From: an uncultured Desulfobacteraceae bacterium
GTDB taxonomy: Bacteria > Desulfobacterota > DSM-4660 > Desulfatiglandales > HGW-15
DNA: 36,909 bases
NCBI GenBank assembly: GCA_964449025.1
Contig: CAYUYB010000001.1
Span: forward strand, 1-36,909
Reading direction: 5' to 3'
In this document: positions 25,246 to 33,369 of the stretch, in pieces
Numbering within the stretch: the first letter of the stretch is position 1
How the letters are laid out: each line of letters opens with the position of its first letter
Translations under genes and position numbers: made by a program
Notes under the pieces: generated by a model
The model's input: the letters and a program-made list of their open reading frames with translations, nothing else
Database searches by the model: none
What the model was told of the DNA's origin: nothing

Positions 25246-26528
25246 TTCTCTCGCTCCACCGCCCGGTAACCTATATCCGTGCGATAATAGACGTTATCCC
25301 ACTTTATCCGGGCTACAAGGCCATATGCCTTTTTCTGGGCATCCTTCACACTGGATCCCAGGGCGGTTACGCACAGTACGCGGCCACCGTTGGTAACCAC
25401 TTTACCCTTATAAACCTTGCTTCCGGCATGGAAGACCTTTACATCCTCCTGGTCACGATCAGGGAGTCCAGATATGGGATCGCCTTTTTTATAGCTTAAA
25501 GGGTAGCCCCCCGCCGCCATAACGACCCCAAGTGAGGCCCTTTGATCCCATTTAACCTGGACCCGGTCCAATCTTTTATCCAAGGCAGCCAGGCACATTT
25601 CAACCAGATCCGATCTGAGCCGGAGCAGGATAGGCTGGGCCTCAGGATCACCGAAACGACAATTGTATTCAAGCACCTTGGGGACGCCGTCCTTCTGTAT
25701 CATGAGACCTGCATACAAGAATCCCGTGTAGTGATGGCCCTCCGCCGCCATACCTTTTACAGTCGGTATAATGACTTCTCTCATTATACGGTCGTGGAGC
25801 TCAGGGGTCACCACCGGTGCAGGAGAATAGGCGCCCATGCCGCCGGTATTTAGGCCAGTGTCTCCATTATTAATGGCTTTGTGATCCTGGGATGTTGCCA
25901 GTGGAAGTATGTTCACTCCATCAACCATAACAATAAAACTGACCTCTTCGCCCTTTAGATACTCTTCGACCACCACTCTCTTGCCCGCCTCACCAAAGTC
26001 CTTTCCGGAGAGCATGCCTTCAGCCGTGTCAAAGGCCTCCTCCCGGGACCGCGCAATGATTACTCCCTTGCCCGCAGCTAGGCCATCCGCCTTCACAACG
26101 ACGGGGAGATTCTGCAACCTGATATAGGCCTTTGCGGGTTCCAGTTCAGTGAAGATCCCATATCCGGCAGTGGGGATATTGTGTCTGTTTAGAAAGTCTT
26201 TAGTAAATACCTTGGAACCTTCGAGTTGAGACGCCCTTTGAGTAGGGCCGAAACATCTAATGCCAGCCTCGTTAAAGGCGTCGGTGATACCTGCCACAAG
26301 GGGCGCTTCAGGCCCTACGATAGTGAATTCAATATCCTTTTGAACGGCGAATCTTATCAGGTTATCGATATCTGTGACTCCGATATTGATATTCTCAATC
26401 TTTGGCTCCCGTGCCGTGCCGGCGTTTCCAGCCGCCACGAAAACCCTATCAACAAGGCTTGATTGGGACATCTTCCATGCGATGGCATGTTCACGACCGC
26501 CGCTCCCCACAACAAGTATATTCATCAT
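25230..26528 (-). CDS. purD: Phosphoribosylamine-glycine ligase PurD
   Basis: MNILVVGSGGREHAIAWK, an ATP-grasp region (VVVKADGLAAGKGV, EEYLKGEEVSF) and a C-terminal domain (TNGGRVLCVTALG) are present. Candidate starts are ATG 26528, ATG 26525 and GTG 26534. Confidence 0.94.
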   Translation of the reverse strand: MMNILVVGSGGREHAIAWKMSQSSLVDRVFVAAGNAGTAREPKIENINIGVTDIDNLIRFAVQKDIEFTIVGPEAPLVAGITDAFNEAGIRCFGPTQRASQLEGSKVFTKDFLNRHNIPTAGYGIFTELEPAKAYIRLQNLPVVVKADGLAAGKGVIIARSREEAFDTAEGMLSGKDFGEAGKRVVVEEYLKGEEVSFIVMVDGVNILPLATSQDHKAINNGDTGLNTGGMGAYSPAPVVTPELHDRIMREVIIPTVKGMAAEGHHYTGFLYAGLMIQKDGVPKVLEYNCRFGDPEAQPILLRLRSDLVEMCLAALDKRLDRVQVKWDQRASLGVVMAAGGYPLSYKKGDPISGLPDRDQEDVKVFHAGSKVYKGKVVTNGGRVLCVTALGSSVKDAQKKAYGLVARIKWDNVYYRTDIGYRAVERENHLTG

Positions 26529-26968
26529 ATACACCTCTGTCTTTCTATGATGATTTCCACCCCAGAAATAGCGTCATATATCAGGCGTTCCCTTTGCTGA
26601 ATGCCCAAACCTTAGATATTTCTTTTAGAAACCATCATTTAGAAATTTTGCAATACTGCTATCTTTTCTAAATAGCACAAATAGGTCTAAAATTCATTCA
26701 GCTTTTAACTGGAAGTATGGGCTTGCGGTTTTATGGCAACAATGAACATGAAAAAATGCTAGAAACGAAGCCTGAATGCCCGGCCAGTTTAGATGGTAGC
26801 GAGTCGCACCAAACTGCCCCACCAATCTCTATAAAACAAGTCTCTCTTTAGACCTTTTGAATTTACACAAGAAATGTTATGCTAAAAGGTGAAAGAGATT
26901 CAAATCATAGCGTAGGCTTCATGGGATATTCTTAAGCCCTCGCATACAAGGTATATATAAGGTATAAC

Positions 26969-27817
26969 ATGAACCGGGATAAGCTCTTCATTACCGCGCT
27001 TCGTGCCGCGTTGCTGGCAGGCCGTGAGATTATGGATGTATACCAAACGGACTTTGCCGTTGAGCGCAAACCGGATAACTCACCCCTGACCCAGGCCGAT
27101 AAGCGTGCCCACAAAATCATCACCAAACTCCTCACGCCCTTGGGGGTCCCCATCTTGAGTGAGGAAGGAAAAGATATCCCTTATTCCGAGAGATGTAAGT
27201 GGGAGGCCCTCTGGATTGTCGATCCTTTGGATGGAACAAAAGAATTCGTTAAAAAGAACGATGAATTTACCGTAAACATCGCCCTGATCCAGCACCAGTT
27301 TCCCGTATTCGGGGTAATTTATGTGCCGGTAAAGACCATCTTATACTTTGCAATCCCAGGTAAAGGAGCCCATCTCCTCCAAGATCCCAAAATGCTGATC
27401 CGCCTCTCCGCTATTGAGAGCTCTGCCTATCAACTCCCGAACATTGCCGAGGTTATCGAAAAAAGCCGACGCCTTCCAGTTAACCGGCCCAGCCGGTCTC
27501 CCTATGTTATCGTAGGTAGCCGTTCACACGCCACCCCGGAGCTTGAAAAGTTTGTGCAAGACCAAAAGAAATATTTCGAAAAGGTAGAATTCGTTTCTGC
27601 CGGAAGTTCTCTGAAATTCTGCCTGGTGGCGGAGGGCAAGGCAGCCATCTACCCGAGACTGGGTCCCACCATGGAATGGGATACGGCCGCTGGCCATGTC
27701 ATCGCCGCCTCTTCAGGTGCGAGGATTTACCGCCATGACACTGGTGGTCCCTTATTATATAACCGCCCCGACCTGCTGAACCCTTGGTTTATTGTCGAGT
27801 TCCCGGGGCTCAAGTAG
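26969..27817 (+). CDS. cysQ: 3'(2'),5'-bisphosphate nucleotidase CysQ (inositol monophosphatase superfamily)
   Basis: KPDNSPLTQADKRAH, LSEEG and WIVDPLDGTKEF are the metal-binding motifs. The C-terminal sequences GSSLKFCLVAEG and EWDTAAGH are typical of CysQ. Confidence 0.85.
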   Translation: MNRDKLFITALRAALLAGREIMDVYQTDFAVERKPDNSPLTQADKRAHKIITKLLTPLGVPILSEEGKDIPYSERCKWEALWIVDPLDGTKEFVKKNDEFTVNIALIQHQFPVFGVIYVPVKTILYFAIPGKGAHLLQDPKMLIRLSAIESSAYQLPNIAEVIEKSRRLPVNRPSRSPYVIVGSRSHATPELEKFVQDQKKYFEKVEFVSAGSSLKFCLVAEGKAAIYPRLGPTMEWDTAAGHVIAASSGARIYRHDTGGPLLYNRPDLLNPWFIVEFPGLK

Positions 27818-27827
27818 CCTTGTGCTA

Positions 27828-28133
27828 CTATTTTTTTAATTTTTCGATCTCTTCTTCTACCTCTTCTGCTCCTTCTTTATAGTATTCTTCTTCATCCGGC
27901 GCTAATTCTCTTAACAGACGCAAAAACTCACCGGCATGTACTCTCTCTTCGTTGGCGATATCCGTTAACACCTTGATTGCCAACTTGTTGTCAATTGATT
28001 CAGCCAATTGCATGTATAACTGAACCGCCTCATATTCAGCGGCTACCATAAAACGAATCGCGCGAATCAACTCTTCTTGTGTGAGTTTTCTGTCCTTAGC
28101 AAGTCCTGAAAATGGATTACCGAAATCTGGCAT
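27828..28133 (-). CDS. Encapsulated-ferritin-like (EncFtn/Flp family) small ferritin-like protein, stand-alone
   Basis: 101-aa ORF. ELIRAIRFMVAAEYEAVQLYMQLAESIDNKLAIKVLTDIANEERVHAGEFLRLLRELAPDEE closely parallels the ferritin-like domain I recall from encapsulin cargo and fusion proteins, with its E-x-EA-x-x-Y ... EE-x-x-H-x-GEF iron-ligand pattern. An AAGGAGG RBS lies upstream. Confidence 0.8.
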   Translation of the reverse strand: MPDFGNPFSGLAKDRKLTQEELIRAIRFMVAAEYEAVQLYMQLAESIDNKLAIKVLTDIANEERVHAGEFLRLLRELAPDEEEYYKEGAEEVEEEIEKLKK

Positions 28134-28274
28134 AATGCACCTCCTTTTTAGTTTGTTTGTCTAATTAAATCCTTCCCGCTCCAGGCAGGGCGGGCACTTG
28201 TTTGTGGATCTTGGAAACTGGGAGTCTACAATTTCTAGGGTTCGCGTCCGGGTTAATCTTTATGTTGTCATTCC

Positions 28275-28286
28275 CGGATATATCCG
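28275..28286. promoter_or_regulatory. Perfect 12-bp palindrome CGGATATATCCG next to an AT-rich tract, in the EncFtn/araC divergent region
   Basis: Read directly from the sequence. It is followed by aataattaataattttattttataacatattatttat (28290-28327), which loosely resembles repeated NATWAT hexamers of Fur-type boxes. Confidence 0.2.
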
Positions 28287-28541
28287 AAATAATTAATAAT
28301 TTTATTTTATAACATATTATTTATCCTATGTTAACTCATTTTGCAACCTTCAAGATTTATATTCCGATTTCTTTACCTGGACCACGGCCTTGGGTCATAC
28401 AACCCCATAGACCCCTTCTTCTATTTCTCTGGGGAAGGTTCGCCTCAACCAGCGCAAAGGCGTGAATGGCTCTCTCAACATTACCCTTGAATTACAGGCA
28501 GTTAAATGTAATACTAATTGGTATTTTCTAACGGACGCTAG

Positions 28542-29492
28542 GTGGAAACCGTATCCGGAAACAAAAATACTGTTGAAAATAAAGGAATCTGTGCGATGTC
28601 AATAAGACACGAATCCAAAAACCTGCCCGTGCATACTCTTGACAAGGTAGGCAAAGGTGAAACCAATTTTAATATTAGCGAATTCGGTCAGATGTGCGCA
28701 CTATCCCACTCTCCATTTCCGCATCGTCATGCCTTTTATGAGATAATGTATATAGAAGGGGGGAGAGGTACTCATATAATAGATTTTGAACCCTATTCAG
28801 CAACACCTGATTCACTGTTCTATCTTTCGCCAAGCCAGACCCACTTCTGGAGACTAACCTCTCCGGTTCAGGGCCGTACCATAAGATTTACTGAAAATTT
28901 TCTGCTATTCTCTCCCTCTGAACAGCTTCTCCATTCGGATCTAGATGTGTTTCACACCCTATCATACCCCCCCCATATCAAACTGGGCAAAGGCAGGGGA
29001 CAAAAAATAAAAACCTTTTTCAATCAAATAGAGAAAGAATACCGCTCGAATGATCATGGCCGCGAGCTTAGCATAAGAGCCTATCTGGTCATCTTACTCG
29101 TTGAGATAGAGCGTCTTTTTATGGCGGATAATCACAGAAAAAGCATAATGAAAAGCTCAGCACTTATAAACATGTTTAAGAAAATGGTTTCAAACGAACC
29201 CCTACCTAAAAAACCCGTAAGCTATTATGCCAGCAAATTGGGGTTAAGTGAGGCCTACTTACATGAACTCTCCAAAGAGAATACAGGATTGACGCCGGGC
29301 CAGATCATCCGGAAAGAGATAGCACTGGAAGCGAAACGGCAGCTCGCACACACAGACAGCACAGTTGCGGAGATCGCCTACAGACTTCATTTTGATGATC
29401 CCTCATATTTTGGACGGTTTTTCAAGCGCGAAACAGGCCACAGGCCCAAGGCATTCAGGTCCTATATCCGAAAAAAGTACCATATTTTATAG
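28542..29492 (+). CDS. AraC-family transcriptional regulator (cupin-type sensor + HTH_18)
   Basis: The N-terminal AraC-binding/cupin-like region is HRHAFYEIMYIEGGRGTHIIDFEPY. The C-terminal double HTH is SYYASKLGLSEAYLHELSKENTGLTPGQIIRKEIALEAKRQLAHTDSTVAEIAYRLHFDDPSYFGRFFKRETGHRPKAFR. The start is GTG 28542 or ATG 28596. Confidence 0.88.
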   Translation: METVSGNKNTVENKGICAMSIRHESKNLPVHTLDKVGKGETNFNISEFGQMCALSHSPFPHRHAFYEIMYIEGGRGTHIIDFEPYSATPDSLFYLSPSQTHFWRLTSPVQGRTIRFTENFLLFSPSEQLLHSDLDVFHTLSYPPHIKLGKGRGQKIKTFFNQIEKEYRSNDHGRELSIRAYLVILLVEIERLFMADNHRKSIMKSSALINMFKKMVSNEPLPKKPVSYYASKLGLSEAYLHELSKENTGLTPGQIIRKEIALEAKRQLAHTDSTVAEIAYRLHFDDPSYFGRFFKRETGHRPKAFRSYIRKKYHIL

Positions 29493-29566
29493 AATTAGTA
29501 CCTTCACATATATGGGTTCATTTATAATAATGGATTATTTATTTTCCAATAATTACAACAAAAATC

Positions 29567-29592
29567 CCGGGCCGGAAGGCCCGGCTTTGATT
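29567..29592 (+). terminator. Intrinsic terminator after the araC-family gene
   Basis: ccgggcc-ggaa-ggcccgg forms a 7-bp GC stem with a GGAA tetraloop, followed by ctttgattt. Confidence 0.6.
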
Positions 29593-29659
29593 TCACCTGC
29601 GGTGACATCTTTGCGAAAATTTTACTAAACATCAATTGAATAATAGGGGGATAAAATTA

Positions 29660-32176
29660 ATGTCTGAACAGGTATTCACTAACTGTACCAATGAAGGTCC
29701 CATATCGGTGTATGTGAGGGCCGGAAAGGTAGTCAGAATAAGACCTTTGGTTGCAGATGAAACGGATTTCAAGCCATGGACGATAGAAGCCGGAGGAAAA
29801 AGCTACACACCGCCGAAGAAATTTAACTTGGCCCCTTTCATACACGCAGAGAGAAGAAGATTATACTCGGACGACCGAATAAAATATCCCATGAAAAGAA
29901 AAGATTTCGATCCGGAGGGCAAAAGAAATCAGGATAAGAGAGGGATATCAGGATACGAACGCATAACCTGGGATGAGGCCCTCGATATTGTTTCGGGAGA
30001 GATTAAACGAATAAGGCAGCAGTACGGTGGTCCGGCAATAACCGGGATGACTTCCTCCCATCACTGCTGGGGGATAGTTGGCTACAAAATGGGGCCGTTT
30101 TCCCGTTTCATGGACATGCTTGAATATACCCCCGTATTTGATAATCCGGATAGTTGGGAAGGATGGCACTGGGGGGCCACCCATACTTGGGGATTCTACT
30201 GGCGTTTAGGTGTTCCGGAACAATACGATCTTCTTCAGGATGTCCTGAAGAATACCCAAATGATAGTGTTCTGGTCAAATGACCCAGATACGACCAGGGC
30301 CATCTACTCAGGCCAGGATTCCGTTATATGGAGGCAATGGCTCAAGGAAAAAGGTGTAAAAATGGTCTTCCTAGATCCCTATTTCAACTATACAGCGGCC
30401 CATATGGATGCCACATGGTTTCCTCTGCGTCCCGATTCCGGCACTGCCGTGGCACAGGCTATCGCCCACGTATGGCTCATCGAAGACACATATGACAAGG
30501 ATTATGTAGAAACACATACTGTGGGGTTTGAAGAATTTAAGAGACACATACTGGGCAAAGACGACGGGATACCCAAAACCCCTGAATGGGCATCGGTAGA
30601 GTCAGGTATTCCCGCCAGAAAAATAAGGGGTCTGGCCAGGGAATGGGCTTCCAAGCGTACTGTTCTTTCGGCAGGCACCCGAGGCGGAGAAGGCAGCGCC
30701 TGCAGGACGGCGTTCGCAACCGAATGGGCGAGGATGATGGTCCTGCTTCAAGCAATGCAGGGACTCGGTAAACCAGGAGTGGCCATATGGGGAACCACGA
30801 TGGGCGCTCCATCCGACACGAGTATCTATTTCCCCGGGTATGCGGACCCGGATTCAAGAATGGGCATCTCCCGAGCAGCGGACAGGCGGATAATAAATCC
30901 AACCAAACAGCGTCTCTACAGGCTTACATTACCTGAAGCCATACTCAATCCACCTATAGAATGGTACGGGGAAGGATTTTGCGGCCAATCGCTGGATCAG
31001 CAGTTTATCCATTATACCTATCCCATGGATGGATATCCCGAAGTCAAGATGTTTTACCGCTACGGAAGCAGTTTTATAGGCACAATGTTAGATACCAGTA
31101 AATGGGTACGGATGTATCAGAGTCCGAAGCTCGAATTCGTGGTCAATCAGGATGTGTGGTGGGGTGGAGAAACGAGTCTTGCTGATATCATCCTCCCGGC
31201 ATGCACAAACCTTGAACGCGAGGATATCGGAGAATCCTCTGCCGCCGGTGGCTACAGCATACACGGAAGCAACGGCAATAATTTTAGGGTCGTGGTGAGG
31301 CAAAAAAAGTGCATAGAACCCCTCTGGGAATCCAGACCGGATTATGAAATATTCACCCTGCTTTCCGAAAAACTCGGCATGAAGGATCTATACACTGAAG
31401 GCAAAACCGATCTTGACTGGGCTAAAAGGTATTTCGAGATATCCGACCTACCTAAATACATCAGCTGGGAAGAATTCGACAAAAAAGGATATTTTATCAT
31501 TAATCCCGGTGAGCACTATAAACCTACCCCGGCCCTGCGCTGGTTTTATGAAGGACGTCATTGCGACACCCCTGATCCCTTGAATCCCAAAAGGAATACT
31601 GAAAAAGGGAATGAACTCGGCACCTATAGCGGCAAGATAGAGTTTGTGTCCCAGAGTCTTTTAAAGAACTTTCCGGACGATGATGAACGCCCGCCGGTGC
31701 CGCACTTTATACCAAGCTGGGAAGGCTACAGGAGCGATCTATATAAAAGATATCCCCTGCAGATGGTAAGTCCTCACCCCAGATTTTCATTTCATACCCA
31801 TTATGACAAGCATACCACATGGCTAAATGAAATACCTACACATCGAATTATTAAAGACGGTTATGCCTGGTGGCCAGCCCGTGTCCATCCGGAGGACGCC
31901 GCGAAGAGAGGTATTAAAAACGGAGACATTATCAAGCTTTACAATGACCGGGGTGCGGTCTTGTGTATCGCCGTTATAACCGAGAGGGTGATGCCCGGAA
32001 TTGTTCACAGTTATGTCTCTTCGGCAAATTACGATCCGCTTGAACCGGGGAATCCGAATTCAATCGATCGGGGAGGATGCGTGAACATCCTGACCTCGTC
32101 AAGGATGATGTCAAAACACGCCCCCGGTATGACGCCTAATTCATGTCTTATAGAGATAGTTAAGTGGGAGGTTTAA
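29660..32176 (+). CDS. athL: Pyrogallol-phloroglucinol transhydroxylase-like molybdopterin oxidoreductase, large (alpha) subunit (DMSO reductase superfamily)
   Basis: I chose ATG 29660 (MSEQVFTNCTNEGPISVYVRAGKVVRIRPL, RBS aggggg at 29643-29648). Long stretches match my recollection of Pelobacter acidigallici transhydroxylase alpha: IKYPMKRKDFDP, YERITWDEALDIV, TSSHHCWG, DNPDSWEGWHWGATHTWGFYWRLGVPEQYDLL, IVFWSNDPDTT, TPEWASVESGIPARKIRGLAREWA, MQGLGKPG. There is no twin-arginine signal and no N-terminal Cys cluster. Confidence 0.85.
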   Translation: MSEQVFTNCTNEGPISVYVRAGKVVRIRPLVADETDFKPWTIEAGGKSYTPPKKFNLAPFIHAERRRLYSDDRIKYPMKRKDFDPEGKRNQDKRGISGYERITWDEALDIVSGEIKRIRQQYGGPAITGMTSSHHCWGIVGYKMGPFSRFMDMLEYTPVFDNPDSWEGWHWGATHTWGFYWRLGVPEQYDLLQDVLKNTQMIVFWSNDPDTTRAIYSGQDSVIWRQWLKEKGVKMVFLDPYFNYTAAHMDATWFPLRPDSGTAVAQAIAHVWLIEDTYDKDYVETHTVGFEEFKRHILGKDDGIPKTPEWASVESGIPARKIRGLAREWASKRTVLSAGTRGGEGSACRTAFATEWARMMVLLQAMQGLGKPGVAIWGTTMGAPSDTSIYFPGYADPDSRMGISRAADRRIINPTKQRLYRLTLPEAILNPPIEWYGEGFCGQSLDQQFIHYTYPMDGYPEVKMFYRYGSSFIGTMLDTSKWVRMYQSPKLEFVVNQDVWWGGETSLADIILPACTNLEREDIGESSAAGGYSIHGSNGNNFRVVVRQKKCIEPLWESRPDYEIFTLLSEKLGMKDLYTEGKTDLDWAKRYFEISDLPKYISWEEFDKKGYFIINPGEHYKPTPALRWFYEGRHCDTPDPLNPKRNTEKGNELGTYSGKIEFVSQSLLKNFPDDDERPPVPHFIPSWEGYRSDLYKRYPLQMVSPHPRFSFHTHYDKHTTWLNEIPTHRIIKDGYAWWPARVHPEDAAKRGIKNGDIIKLYNDRGAVLCIAVITERVMPGIVHSYVSSANYDPLEPGNPNSIDRGGCVNILTSSRMMSKHAPGMTPNSCLIEIVKWEV

Positions 32177-32178
32177 AA

Positions 32179-33018
32179 ATGTCCAGATACGGTATGGTTA
32201 TAGATATCGATAAATGCAATGGCTGCTATAATTGTTTCCTGGCATGTAAGGATGAATTCGAAGGTAATGATTACGTACCGTATTCGATTTCCAATGCCAT
32301 TGAAGGCAAATCATGGATGCGTATACTTGAAAAGGAAAGGGGATCCACACCCAAGGTAAAAGTTGATTATATCCCTATCCCTTGTCTCCAATGTGAGGAT
32401 GCGCCATGTGTAAGGAGTTCTTCAAACGGTGCGGTTTATCGACGGCCTGACGGCATTGTAATAATAGACCCTGAAAAAGCAAAGGGTGACAGGAGCATCG
32501 TTTCAAGTTGTCCCCACCGGCTCATCTACTGGAACGAGGAAAAAAACGTCCCCCAGAAGTGTACATTCTGTGCACATTTATTGGACAAAGGCTGGAAAGA
32601 GCCCCGTTGCGTTGAGGCGTGCCCAACCGGGGCCCTGATATTCGGTGATCTTGACGATCCCAAATCCAAGATCTCCAAGCTTAAGGCATCCTCCGAGACA
32701 GAAGAACTCAACCCGGAATTCGGATTGAAGCCAAATGTCACCTATATCGGACTGCCCAGGAGATTCATTGCCGGCGAAATAGTCCTGGGTGATAAGAATG
32801 ATGAATGCGCACCACGTATTAAGGTTTCCTTAATTGACGGCGCCAGAATGATGGAATGCGAAACAGACAGTTTCGGCGATTTTGAGTTTGAGGGGCTGGA
32901 CCAGGGGAGGGAATATACCATAAGGGTTCATCATCCGGGATATATCGCCAAGGAAATCCCCGTTGTCACCTATACCGATGTAAATATGGGAGTCATTGAG
33001 CTCGAGCTGGAAAGATAA
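32179..33018 (+). CDS. bthL: Transhydroxylase-like small (beta) subunit: 4Fe-4S ferredoxin-type with a C-terminal beta-sandwich domain
   Basis: ATG 32179 follows RBS gggagg and overlaps the end of the alpha gene. The motifs are MVIDIDKCNGCYNCFLACKDE, PCLQCEDAPCV, GAVYRRPDGIVIIDPEKAKG, YWNEEKNVPQKCTFCAHLLD and RCVEACPTGA. The C-terminal ~80 aa (GDFEFEGLDQGREYTIRVHHPGY) look like a carboxypeptidase-regulatory-like fold. Confidence 0.85.
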   Translation: MSRYGMVIDIDKCNGCYNCFLACKDEFEGNDYVPYSISNAIEGKSWMRILEKERGSTPKVKVDYIPIPCLQCEDAPCVRSSSNGAVYRRPDGIVIIDPEKAKGDRSIVSSCPHRLIYWNEEKNVPQKCTFCAHLLDKGWKEPRCVEACPTGALIFGDLDDPKSKISKLKASSETEELNPEFGLKPNVTYIGLPRRFIAGEIVLGDKNDECAPRIKVSLIDGARMMECETDSFGDFEFEGLDQGREYTIRVHHPGYIAKEIPVVTYTDVNMGVIELELER

Positions 33019-33133
33019 TTGACGATAAGGATATATCTCCCCGGATTATCCCCCCGACCAAAGAGGGGAATGAAATGAGCCAAAAAGATATGACCTCATC
33101 CCTTGCTTAAGGATTTTAGGCAAGCGCAACCTG

Positions 33134-33162
33134 TTGACAGGGAGCTCCATGAGGTTTATCTT
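33134..33162 (+). promoter_or_regulatory. Candidate sigma70-type promoter for the downstream phloroglucinol-module genes
   Basis: TTGACA (33134-33139), a 17-nt spacer, then TATCTT (33157-33162). It lies in the 350-bp gap between the beta subunit and the BKACE gene. Sequence match only. Confidence 0.3.
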
Positions 33163-33305
33163 TAGAATCATGGGGTTTCATCAAACAGGGTCTTGAGATT
33201 AAAGAGATGGACCTTAATCTCCTTATGACTCATGAAATGGAGGAGTGCCATTGATGCAATAGGCGTCCTGGGAAATCATGAGGTTAAAAGGGTGGAGACA
33301 GCCAA

Positions 33306-33321
33306 ATTGGCTAAAGCCAAT
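33306..33321. promoter_or_regulatory. Palindrome ATTGGCT-aa-AGCCAAT, about 50 bp upstream of the BKACE gene (candidate operator)
   Basis: A 7+2+7 inverted repeat read directly from the sequence. It overlaps a second small palindrome, gccaaattggc (33301-33311). Confidence 0.3.
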
Positions 33322-33369
33322 CTGTAAAATCTATCAGAATTTTTAATAACACAGGAGGTCATTATCTAA

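Noticed and set aside
26761-26830. A ZTP (pfl) or purine riboswitch in the purD leader on the minus strand (ggtgcgactcgc...ctggccgggca).
   Set aside because: The resemblance is only superficial. The conserved GGGUCGUGACUGGCG and CCGCCUGGGCA boxes and the pseudoknot complementarity are not present.
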